Part shown: one piece after another, positions 50,454 to 62,054 of the stretch | How the letters are laid out: each line of letters opens with the position of its first letter | Position numbering within the stretch: the stretch's first letter is position 1 | NCBI RefSeq assembly: GCF_037042905.1 | Contig: NC_087245.1 | Coordinates: 6,822,001 to 6,886,000, forward strand | Source: Lytechinus pictus | Lineage: Eukaryota | Length of the DNA stretch: 64,000 bases | Direction of reading: 5' to 3' | Notes under the pieces: model-generated | What the model was told of the DNA's origin: nothing | Database searches by the model: none | Seen by the model: the letters and a program-made list of their open reading frames with translations, nothing else | Translations under genes and position numbers: made by a program

Positions 50454-52030
50454 GTGAGTCTATAGGAGACGGATTCAACTCACGAAACTGTTTCTAAAGG
50501 CACACATAACAACTGGTCCATGGTCCGATTTGGGGACAAACTTGGATTTTGCTCATTTTCTGAAAATATGAATGAAAAGTATATTTTTTATTTAAGGTTC
50601 AAATTAACTGAAAGAATACTAATATAACAAGTTTGGATAATTGCATGCCTTTATTTGGAGTAAAGGTCAAATTAGTCTTATTCGCAGCCAATCGTAGGCC
50701 TACGATTGTCAGGACTTCATTACGACTAGATATTAAATTCGCTTTTATTCTAATAAGGATGATAGCATAATCACATATTTGAACACAGGTATTCGTACGA
50801 TGATTTAGAACATTACACCGTAAGGTGCTCCATGTCTCAATGTTAACATCAAATTTAACTACGTTTTATTCCAAAATCAGGTCGCAGTCCAATCGTAAGG
50901 TGTGCGGTGGCCTTATGCTAAACATACATTGAAAAGATCGTAAGATATTTTTTTTCTGTTTGGATGTGGTTTCCCCGTGTGATAATAACATAAATTTTCT
51001 ATATTTCAACACTGACTAGACCTGCATTTTCCACTCTTTTTCAATTGTCGAATTCAATTTTATTTTAATCTTGTAATAGCTGATGTAACATTGTATGTCT
51101 GTTTTATGTTGGGGAGGTTGTAATTGGAAGGACACATTTAAATTAATATATTCATATATAAAAACAAAACTCGGTAGAATGATAATCAATTATCAATTTT
51201 CATCGATAGGTCCTATGTCTATAGGTATAGATATACAAAATGGTTAATATTTCTCAGCAACATCTGAAATTGATAAATCAGTGAATTGTTTACTAGTGAA
51301 ATAAACAAATACACAACATAATTCATCAAAGCAGAAACAGTATATAGTGAGAGAAATCAAAACAGGAATAGTATATTCAAGTTAACTCAACTGAAAATTA
51401 TTCGAACTATAGAATTATTTTTAGTTTGCTATGTTGGCTTATAATATCAACATCAACCTGATGAATTCAAGATTGCTTTATCTTACTCACCTCATGCGGT
51501 ACATATAGTGATTCCGTTAATCAAACAGACAGGTTACTAATTGAAGCAAATGAGCGTTATCATTAAACCAGTTTAATCTATGAGCGAGATGTGGGGGCGG
51601 GGTGAAGGTTCGAATGGATAGTTTGATGAACTTGACACTTCTTAGCATGAATGTGTTATAACTGTATACGTAGGTGGGTTTGGTTTGCTTTTGGTTTCTT
51701 CTTCTCCTTCCTCTTCTTCTTCTTCTTCTTCTTTTTTCTTCTTCTTCTTGTTCTTTTCCTTCTTTTTATCTCATTTTTTATTTCTGCATGCGCTATCATC
51801 AGTGGTTATTTCAAACATCACAATGGTTTCGGTATTAAGAAATATAATTTTATACCAAGGGCCTCAGAGATCAATCCGCCTTCAAGAATAGAAGAGATTT
51901 CCTTGAAAAGAAACATTGATTTCCACACATATTCTCGTTTGGGTATGTGATGACCGTTGAGTATCAGCGTTGTATGACACACAGAGCGTTTTCCTTGAAA
52001 AAATAGGTAACATGTTCTAAAAGATGTTAG

Positions 52031-52115
52031 GCTAAAGCCGGGGTAATATTATGCAGCGCTTAGAAATATTTGTATTAAGCGCTATATAAATGTTGCATAT
52101 TATTATTATTATTAT
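52031..52115 (+). mobile_element. 3' fragment of the same SINE family as 33927-34192
   Basis: GCTAAAGCCGGGGTAATATTATGCAGCGCTTAG...AAGCGCTATATAAAT followed by (TAT)n. Confidence 0.75.
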
Positions 52116-52940
52116 GCGAGGGAGCGAAGCGACCGAGCGATTCATTGGCATGATTGATTCTATATTAATGTACACAATTTTATGTATTATATTATTTATG
52201 TTCATATTCTATGTCTGACAATTGTAAGCGCTGTTATGCTTTTGTGTAGAGTGCATATATAAATAACCATTAATATTATTATGATTGGATTCCGTGAAAT
52301 TAAATTTACAGATCTGCTGCATGGGGTAGATTTTGTCAAAATCTGAAATAAAAATATTGAGGTATTAAGAAACTGCACCCTGTCCCTCTTTTTCTCAGAT
52401 GGTTTAATTACAATTCCCGACGAGGGACCATGATTTCAAAGACTTGGCAATACTACATTTTAACAAGTAAAACAACATTTGATCCATCATGAGACAACCA
52501 ATTACTACAATCTTCTACTCAATGAAATAACATTAGTTTAGATTGTGAGAGAAAAGAGGGATGACTGAAATCGAGATCTGATAAACTGTGAGCCTTCAGT
52601 TCGCAGAGAAGGTAAAAACTCAATAAATTCCAGTTTCAACTCGTAGCCGATCGCATTATTTTATATGACGTATGGCCTGCAGTCGACTTCGCAGGTGTTC
52701 GAGAGGATCATTTTCTATGTCTGGACTTTTCTAAAATATATGTCATTTGAAAGACAGTTAATCGCGGATATAAGCTGTTAACCTTGAAAAATGGTGACGA
52801 GCTTTATCTTATCTCCTTATCTTGAAACTTGCCTTCATAAATCAAACTTTATAAAGAGGGATTTTAAAATGTGATTTTACTACTATCCCTTATTTCAGTT
52901 GACATCTATCGGTATCCCTATCTTGAAATCTGTTGACAAC

Positions 52941-53270
52941 ATGGAACACAAGGATACAAAACCCCTGCACGTCAACGACCACGGGAATGAAAACTCACAC
53001 AACAACGATGAAACTGACAATGAAAATGTGTGTATGAACACGATCCATAAGGACGTCGACAAAGACAAGAATTCACCTAACGAGGAAAGTTGTTACGTCA
53101 ACACATCCTTTAAGGACGTTGAACTTGAAAATGATAAGGGTGACGTGGTCGAAGATCATGTGAAAACAAACGGTAAACATCCCGAAATGATAGACGATGT
53201 CGAAGGTGATGATGATGATGATGATAATCCTCAGTGTGGATGGTTTGGCATAAGACCAAGGATCATTCAG
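52941..53270 (+). CDS. Gene C coding exon 1 (acceptor at 52898)
   Basis: MEHKDTKP...[18 protein letters not shown]|gtaatt. Confidence 0.9.
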
Positions 53271-56200
53271 GTAATTGGATATTTCATTGGGTCTCTCTAC
53301 TAATCACATACATTTGCTTAATTTGAAATAATTGTAATAAACTGTCCTGTCAAACTGTTACATCGGTTCAATATTATTAAGTTTTTCATGTAAACTTGTG
53401 ATGATGACAGGCAGATGAAATTAATATGCAATGGCTTTGTTTCTATAGCTAACTTTTAATGAAAATCTTTGATATTGTAAAAATACCAGGTAAAATTACA
53501 AAGGCAGAGTAAATCATCTACTGAACAAACTTGAAATAAAATCGTCGTCATTATTATTTTTTCAGTTAGACCATCATATAATAATAAGCATGACCATCGA
53601 GACGCTTTCAAACCCTAATCTTGCTTCTTTTTTTTTCAAGTGCTGCAACAATTCAAAGGGCTACCTCTTCTTCCTCTGTCTCTACGTCATCGCACAAAGC
53701 ATGACCGTCAACGGGATCGTCTACGTCATCACCACGACACTCGAGCGTCGATTCAGCTTGACCAGTGCACGTAGTGGTTTCATCTCAAGCTGTTATGATT
53801 TCTCTGTTATGATCGTTATTGTATTCGTTACCTATCTTGGTGAGAAAAGTCACAAACCAAGATGGCTTGGGTCAGGAGCGTTCGTCTTTGCCATGGGGTC
53901 ATTGCTCTTTACCTTACCACACTTTGCTACAGACTACTATGAACCTAGAGATGTAAGTTACCGATAGGCTCATGATTTAGTTATGGGGTTAATCCGAGTA
54001 ACTTCGGGAATTCGTTGATTTGTCATTGAATAAAATGGGTATCACTTAATGGATTATATTTTTGGGCGACATATTGACTGGAACCGAAGACCCATCCACC
54101 CCTTCTTTCATCAAATCGTTTCTACCTTTTAATTCAGAATCCACTTGCCAAATCTCTAATTCCGCAATACCAATGTTCTTCTGCGATTCGATTGGTTGGT
54201 TTTATCCCCTGTTTATTTACATGAACTAAAATGTAAACTGCAAATGAAAATGAGTAAACATAATATCAATATTGATAGATACAGAGGGAAATTATTTTCA
54301 GTGTCAATAATAATGAAGATATTTTATTTCCTCATGTGATGAAGAAATATATATATACTTCTTCATCTAGATGCTCGATATTTTATCCTCCTTATCCTCA
54401 GTTTGTTCAAATCTGATCTGATCTCATCTCATTCTCCATCCGTCTATCACTCCCTTCGATTCTTTATTCCTTATTCCTATCTGATTGACAGGCTTCTGAA
54501 ATATCAACATGTGACATCAACGGTACCGATAGTGGAGATTGTGCACCAGGTGAGACTGGTCTGAGCAGCTACTATTGGGTTTTTATAGCAGCCCAAGTAC
54601 TCCATGGACTCGGTGCCTCACCTATCTATACTCTGGGTCTTACCTATATAGATGACAACGTTAAACCTACATTAGTAGCTGTTTATATAGGTAAATATAT
54701 CTGCAAGAAAACAAAATTAGTAAGCAAGGGTGATCACTACCTTTCAGACAATAATAACATTATCTTTTCATTTATCTCTCCGATATATTAGATATTTAGT
54801 GTCGTTCTCACATCGTAACGCCAATACTAAAATAGACAGACAAATGAATACATAGATACATAAATAAATAAATATAAAACTCCTCAAAATAGTTTGGAAA
54901 TCTGACATTGATCGAAAATCCCTCCTCGATTTTAGTAAATGTCAGAGTGCAATTGATATCAATGAATAGAGCATTCAATTTTCTTTAAAAATGATACCCT
55001 ACATGATATGATTATGGTTCACATGGATGTGCAGTGCCTTGAAATGTGGGGCGAGGTCAAAATTCAAAAGTTGCAAAATGACACAATATTGAAAGTCACT
55101 GTTCTTATTTCCGTGGCGATGAGTGAGTTTCTCAGCGGTTTCTTTTTTTTTGATCGATAATTTCACATCGGTTTTAGTAAATGTCAATATTTAATTAATA
55201 TCAATGAACAGATCATTTAATTTTCTTTAAAATGATACCCTACATGATGTGATTATGGTTCACATGGAGGTGCAGTGCCTTGAAATGTGGGGCAAGGTCA
55301 ACATTCAAAAGTTGCAAAAATTACACAATATTGAATGTCACTGTTCTTTTTTCAGTGGTGATCAGTGAGTTTCTCAGCGGTTTCTTTTAATTATTCTCAT
55401 GCACCTTAACATCAACATTAACATGAAATCAAACACACCTCTGCACAAGCAAACACATAACAAACAAACACACATGCATGGGTATTTCAAACCACGACTC
55501 AAACCATGTTATCTCACAGAACCATCACCACAGAAGCAGGGGCTTGATTTGAATGGATTTTCATCTGTATTGACACAGACAAAAGAATCATGTTCTGTAT
55601 TGACCCTTCATGACTATTTCTGCTCGTTTTGCCGCTTTTCAGTTCAGACCTCATCCCACACTTTTGAATCCTGCTCTTTTTTTGATGGCATGATCATAAC
55701 AAGCATGGTATCATTTTAAAGGAAACTAAATGATCTTTTGAATGATATCAAATATGCATTGTGTAAATTTGGGAGTTGGGAGAAATTAATGGCCAAAATC
55801 AGATTTCCAAACTTTTTTTGCTCGTTTTGCAGCTTTTCAATTCAGACCTCATCCAACACATTTGAATCCTACTCTTTTTGTGATGGCATGATTATAACAA
55901 GCATGGTATCATTTTAAAGAAAATTAAATGATATTTTGAATGTTGTCAAATATGCATTGTGTAAAATTGGGAGTTGGGAGAGATTAATGGCCAAACTCAG
56001 ATTTCCAAATTTTTTTTGAGGGGTTAGATGAATAATTAGATTAATGTAATATAAATGGATAATTAAAATGAATGAGTCAATGAATGAATGAATCAATAAA
56101 TCAATCAACCAATCAGTCAATATATCAATCAAATCAATCAATCAATCAATGAAATTAGAAGGCATTTCACTTTTCCTTTTTTTAGATATTGCAATTGAAA

Positions 56201-57203
56201 CTGGAGCGTTTTTCAAACTTAGCATCACTGTATAATTCCAACTATCTTTCAATTATTGGCAGGTATATTCCAGGCTATGTCGACCTTGGGTCCTGCTATT
56301 GGATACATACTCGGTGGACTCTTTCTTACCTTTTATACAGACGTCAATGTAGATCCAGAGGAGTAAGTTTAATATATATATATATATATATATGGTAGAT
56401 CTATCTTGATAACTCAATATACACAAACATAATGATCAAGAAACACGTTGTTCTAGTCTACATTCTCCTTACAGATCCATGTAAGATTTAGCGTCGTTTA
56501 ATCCCAAAGCCAGATCTCGGACCCTCCACTGGATAGGATCTGTGCAGTAACCTGAGAAGAAGAAGAATATATTTATTGACAAGCGAAGGGCGAAGCGACC
56601 TAGTTAATTGCGATATCATATAGGATATTTTGAAATCAGCATAATGGTGCATACCTTTTAGTAATAACTGTGGAAATTTGCCAAGAAAGGTTTTTATTTT
56701 TTATTTTTTAAGGAGCCACCCCTCCCTCTGTGAACGTGTGTGACAGTTGATCTTAAAAAGATGTTGTCTGTTTTGTTTTGATTGTATCACCAATTTTGAT
56801 TTTCAAATGGCGTATCTTTCTTGTGTAACTTAAAGATTTATTACTAATACTGTCTGTACCGATAAGATTACGTTTATATATTCCATTTATAGCTTAGGAT
56901 TAACTCCTGAGAGTCCGTTATGGATTGGTGGTTGGTGGATGGGGTTCTTTGTGGATGCATCTATTGCCCTCCTTGTCATCATACCTCTATTAGGATTCCC
57001 AAAAGCTTTACCAGGTAAATATTTAAGTTTTTATCATCTAACCCCTTGTAACTATATATCAATATTTTTAAAACGTCACTCAGTTACTCAGATTCGAATG
57101 CAAAATTGATATACATGTAGTAGAATGAGTATGCGACTTGAGCGTTTTAATCAGGTATAATTATGGTGTCACACAAAAACTAATGCATGGATTCATAATC
57201 ATA

Positions 57204-57241
<38 letters not shown>

Positions 57242-60200
57242 TATAATATTTTATTACGCATTAATTTTTGTACGGTTAAACATTACTTCCACTTTGCCAA
57301 TATCAATGATGCCATTATCTACTTGGTCATGTTGGTATGTCTCGTTGTGTAAATTGTGGGATATCCTTCCATTTTTGTTTGTATAACGTCCACTGCATGT
57401 TTCATTTTTTATATGCATCGCTTTACCAGGATTTTCTTTGGTCCTGGATGCGCTGTAGACCTTTTTATTTCATCATATCTTCATTAAACTTAGATAAGAC
57501 GATTGTCATAATGATCATGATGTTTGCAAATATTGTGGACCAACAAAAATTTCAATGTAAAAATGTACGAATGATTGTCTAACGAAACTCCTTTAAAAAT
57601 TGAAAAAAAGTTGTTGAATCATTGTCATCACTTAGTTTAATTCCTAAAATAATCGAAGACATTAATGAGATTCATATTATTATCACGGATGATAAGCTAC
57701 CAAGAGGGTGACGATAAGTACTGTATTGGACAATACTCCGTAAGAGCGTCTGTTTCGAATAACGCCATGACGTGCGTGGGTTAGAGTCCCAAGCATACCG
57801 TAAGACGTCCTATTAAAATCATTTTGTTTCAACGCTCGTCGCTGTCATGGTTGATTTAAGTGTCGTTGTAATTGCAGTTTGAAATCATTCCGTCCACAGG
57901 AGAGACACAATCTATGTTAGCGAATCTTACAGCCATTCACAAAAGAGAAGGGCGTAATCTTGGTTTAACGAAATATCCCCTCTGCATGCTTGCTAGCCTC
58001 TTGTCGAGGCCCTGTCGGCTGCTTTCCGAGCGAACATGGCTAAGCAAGGGATATAGCGAAGCAGAGCGCCGCCCAGGCCTAATTCGCTTCGCGAATTTAT
58101 CCCTCGCTTTGCTCGGGAAGCAGCCACCAGGGCCTCGAAAAGAGGCTACATGCTTGCTGGTTTACAACGCATATAATTTCTTTCAACGAAATCCATCATA
58201 TGAAAATTGCATAGAGTCATTGATCAAGAATATTTAAACATTAAAATAATAATTGCCATTAAATTTGTGATATGATTTTTTTTCGGCTTCATTTAATTTT
58301 ATTTATATCTAAACGTGCAGGTTCAATCGCATTAAATGCAGCCCGCAAAGAGGAGGCTCAGAAAGGTTCTACATTCACTGCCAGAGCAGGTTTTGGTAAC
58401 AAGATCAAAGACTTCCCTAAGGCTGCCTGTAATCTTCTAAAGAACATCCCATTCATGTGTCTAAACGGTGCTTCTATCACTGAATGGTTTATCCTGGCTA
58501 GTATTGCCGTCTTTGGACCAAAGTATCTCGAGTCTCAGTTTAACTTTACCTCGGGTACGGCTGCTCTAGTAGCAGGTAAATATGCATTTTTTTCACGACG
58601 AAATCCATTATGGCATGGTTGCCGTACATGTATATCGATTGAAATAAAAATGAATTCTTGAATTGAATATTAGCTATGTAAACATTTAGTGATGAATGTC
58701 CCATGATATCTCCAGACTTCTCTTGCTCATGAACCCTATTTTATTTTGATAGGATCAGCTAAAAAAAGCAAATCAGTTGCCTACGAGACTGTTCAGTTTC
58801 TTTTGATAATCCGGAAGAAAATTGTGTTTCCCAATATATGTATACATTCATAAGCATTGCTTTATTTCGTGTTTATAAAGGGTGGCTTTAAAAAATTCTA
58901 AATAGAAATTGATTGAAATAGCTTCCACTTAAGACATCCATTGATAACCCGGGAAAGACTTACAATCCCCAACTATGTCAATCTATCTGTATCCAGGTAT
59001 CCAGGTCATTCCATCCAGTCTAATTGGCTGTATCGTAGGTGGATTAATCGTGAGATATTTCAAGCTCGAATTCAAAGGAATGATCAAATTCTGTATCGGT
59101 GTACTCATCATCTCGCTTGTTTCCCTCTTCGTCTTCGTCGTTGCGTGCGACAACGTTGACTTCGCTGGGGTGACTGTCCAATATGATAACAAGTATGAAT
59201 TCACTTGTTTTAACTTTCTCTATTTTAGACATAAATAAGCTATATTTTGTTATTCGCACGAGCTATTTCAATTCAGTTTTATTTATTTGATATCATAAGA
59301 TATAAAGATTCACAAATCAAGTACTAACTAACAGAAATTATAACATGTAGAATAAGTACAGAAATTAAGTGTTATGATAGGGATGCAATCCTTAATGTAA
59401 CATAACAGGGTCATACTCATGTAGGAAAGACAAAAAAAATCTCGCTAAATAGTGATCATCCACATGAGCAAGTGTAATTCCATTTATGTTAACTCTGCTA
59501 TTCTATCATGTAACTACAATGATAAAATGGCTCAGCAGTCCGTCAAATCGACGTTGATTATAGTTGTTATAATTTTATGTCACTATGTATAAAGGTATTT
59601 ATGTAATAGACCGCTAGTGACTGGTAATAAAACTTATTCTGTTAACATGATAATGGTGATTGTTGATGACTCTCAGATCGATGGCTTTCATTGGAGACGA
59701 GGGAAACTTGACTGCGGCCTGTAACGCGGACTGTCACTGCTCCAATAATTACGATCCGGTGTGCGGTAGCGACGATGTCCTCTATTATTCACCTTGTCAT
59801 GCAGGCTGTCTTAACATGATCGAAGTCGATGATGTCAAGGTATGAAATTCCTTGGAGTAATTGGCGATGATAGCTGTGGTGATGTTTTTGGTGGTAGTGC
59901 ACGGTTGTGGTGGTGACGAAGACAATGATAACGACGATGAAGATGATAGCAATGGCGGTACGGATTAAAGTGGTGGTCAGTCGTTATGACCTTTGGTAGT
60001 GATGATGACGATGATGATGGTGGTGATGGCGATGATGGTGATGATGTCAATGATGGGAGTGGTGGTAGTCTTGAGGTGATGACGGCTATGGTGGTATTGT
60101 TGTGGTGAACATTATGAAAATAATGAACGCTTTTTTACGACGCCGATAACGACGATGGTAATAGTGGTGGTGTGGTGATGGTGGTTGTGGTGGTTATGGT

Positions 60201-62054
60201 TATGGTGCTGACGGTGATGATAGCAAAGAAAGAATACATATTCGTGGTAGTCAAGCTTGCCGCAATTGTATTAAATAATATTCAGACCGTTATTCTTTTT
60301 ATTTATTTTTGTTAGGAATACTCTGACTGTAGTTGTATAGATGCGGCTGAGGATGGTATTACTTCTGCAGTTGTAGGGAAGTGTGATTATGTATGCCCAC
60401 AACAAACCGTCTTCCTTGCCCTGCTATTCATCATGCTAACAAGTACTTTCTTTGCCGTCGTTCCGTCAATCACAGCTTTGCTCAGGTAAGGACGATCTCG
60501 ACAATGATCACTTGCTGACGTCCATCGTAACTTCCAAAATATTTGCTCTATTTCCAGAATATTCATGGGAGGGATGCAAATTGTCCCCATATTTTTTGCA
60601 TATAGGAGGAAAAGTTAAAACTGTTAAGATATGTTTATGATAAACATCTGAATATTTTGAAGTAGAGTTGAATATAATTTAAAAGATCTTCAGTTGAATA
60701 AACCACCTCCTACTTGTTCTTGAAACGCGTGATAGTGGCAAAGATAATTATTTTTCTCATCTTTCAGAAATAACTGACGTCATGCTGATTCAATGGGGTA
60801 ATACATGTGACAAAATGTTCAATGATTCAAGTCTTAATGTAATGCATTTATTATCATATTAATATTTTTGTTCTCTCGTTATCTTCAGATGTGTTCCCAA
60901 CTCACAGAAAGCATTTGCTTTAGGAATCAATTCACTACTTTATCGAGCATTAGGTAGGATATGAACTGTGTTTTTCAACTTTCATTTGTTCTCCGTATAA
61001 ATCATCATACTTAAAGATGTGAAGATTAAAAAAACTCACACATTTCAACAACGGACAGACAGGCTTACACAGGATTGTAGCATAATGACTCGTTAAGTAC
61101 AACTTCTTGCTTATCATGACCACGTAGGCGTCTGCATGTGTTAAGCCTTCGGGGATATTCACCCAAAGATGTTTTTTAAAGCTTTTTATCATTATCGTCG
61201 TGGACTTATTTTTAGAACATATAAGGTGAATTCTATTTCGGAATGTCAAATTGTCCTTCCTAATTAACTTGATATAGAAAGAGCGTCTTTGCCTTGCATA
61301 ATTACCAGTTTCCCTGTAATATCATGAAAATAGATCCATGTTTCTTCGTCATGCTATGCTATATAGTTACACGATTTTGATTTAAAAAAAATACCAACAT
61401 CATGAGGCGAGTAATTACACTTAAAAAAAGGTTTACCCAATATAGGTAAAATGGGAACATGCATGCTAGTTGGATAAAAAGATATCGAATATTTTGTAAA
61501 TTCTACGCAATGTTGCGTTGAAATTTACCCTTAAAACATGCATTTAGCCCAATATGGGGTTAAAAAAAATAACCAGCAAACATGCATGTTCCCTTTTTAC
61601 CCAATATTGGGTAAAATTTTACTCATTGTTTTTAGAGTGTAGATGGAATCTAGTCTGAGTTGGTGGTGTGATAGTGGAAGTTCATCTCAATCATTATTTT
61701 TATTAAAACACTGACATTTTAACCCCTTTTCTTGATGCCACAGGTACGGTTCCTGGCCCGGTTATTTTCGGTCTTCTCATCGATAATGCATGCAGTATAT
61801 GGGAAGAGGACTGCGATGGAGCCAGGACTTGCTGGATGTATGATAACTCCACGTTAGCCAAGAATGCACTCATACTCACTGTATGTTTGAAAACTGTGTC
61901 TATTATCTTCTTCATTGGTGCTCTTGTATTTTACAAGCCTGTCTATGAAGATGAAGAGAAAAATACTTTATCAAATGGTGTCGAGGTTATTGAAAAGGAT
62001 GGGTTCAAGGGCGATGCAGCAGGCACTAATGAACCAGTCACGTCGAAATTCTAA
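52941..62054 (+). CDS. SLCO4A1: SLCO/OATP gene C, SLCO4A1-like, complete, about 740 aa. join(52941-53270, 53641-53952, 54492-54690, 56263-56362, 56893-57014, 58321-58575, 58997-59192, 59677-59839, 60316-60485, 60889-60953, 61744-62054)
   Basis: 11 GT-AG exons sum to 2223 nt with an open frame. Motifs [35 protein letters not shown] (SPLW type as in SLCO4A1), PKYLESQF, Kazal-like domain, [17 protein letters not shown] at 62052-62054. Confidence 0.96.
53641..53952 (+). CDS. Gene C coding exon 2
   Basis: [12 protein letters not shown]...[13 protein letters not shown]|gtaagt. Confidence 0.95.
54492..54690 (+). CDS. Gene C coding exon 3
   Basis: ASEISTCD...[24 protein letters not shown]. Confidence 0.95.
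54929..55390. repeat. Two-unit tandem repeat (about 240 bp)
   Basis: TTTTAGTAAATGTCA...ATGATACCCTACATGAT...GTGAGTTTCTCAGCGGTTTC occurs twice. Confidence 0.85.
55621..56017. repeat. Two-unit tandem repeat (about 198 bp)
   Basis: TGCTCGTTTTGC...CAGATTTCCAAA occurs twice. Confidence 0.85.
56263..56362 (+). CDS. Gene C coding exon 4 (100 nt)
   Basis: [26 protein letters not shown]. Confidence 0.93.
56893..57014 (+). CDS. Gene C coding exon 5 (122 nt)
   Basis: [19 protein letters not shown]...LGFPKALP. Confidence 0.95.
57994..58148. mobile_element. MITE with TAG...CTA termini and 9-bp TSD (AcademH-like)
   Basis: TSD CATGCTTGC (57985-57993, 58149-58157); about 40-bp imperfect TIR TAGCCTCTTGTCGAGGCCCTG... 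Confidence 0.75.
58321..58575 (+). CDS. Gene C coding exon 6
   Basis: ...[17 protein letters not shown]...[21 protein letters not shown]. Confidence 0.95.
58997..59192 (+). CDS. Gene C coding exon 7 (196 nt)
   Basis: [23 protein letters not shown]...[13 protein letters not shown]. Confidence 0.93.
59677..59839 (+). CDS. Gene C coding exon 8 (Kazal-like ECL5)
   Basis: [35 protein letters not shown]. Confidence 0.95.
59860..60222. repeat. Degenerate (GAT/GGT)n intronic repeat
   Basis: Direct reading. Confidence 0.85.
60316..60485 (+). CDS. Gene C coding exon 9
   Basis: EYSDCSCI...[14 protein letters not shown]...VPSITALL. Confidence 0.93.
60889..60953 (+). CDS. Gene C coding exon 10 (65 nt)
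   Basis: [21 protein letters not shown]. Confidence 0.93.
61418..61639. mobile_element. CACT-terminus palindromic MITE in the last intron of gene C
   Basis: TA|CACTTAAAAA...TTTTTAGAGTG|TA; internal IR GGGAACATGCATG / CATGCATGTTCCC. Confidence 0.65.
61744..62054 (+). CDS. Gene C last coding exon
   Basis: [34 protein letters not shown]...TSKF*. Confidence 0.95.
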
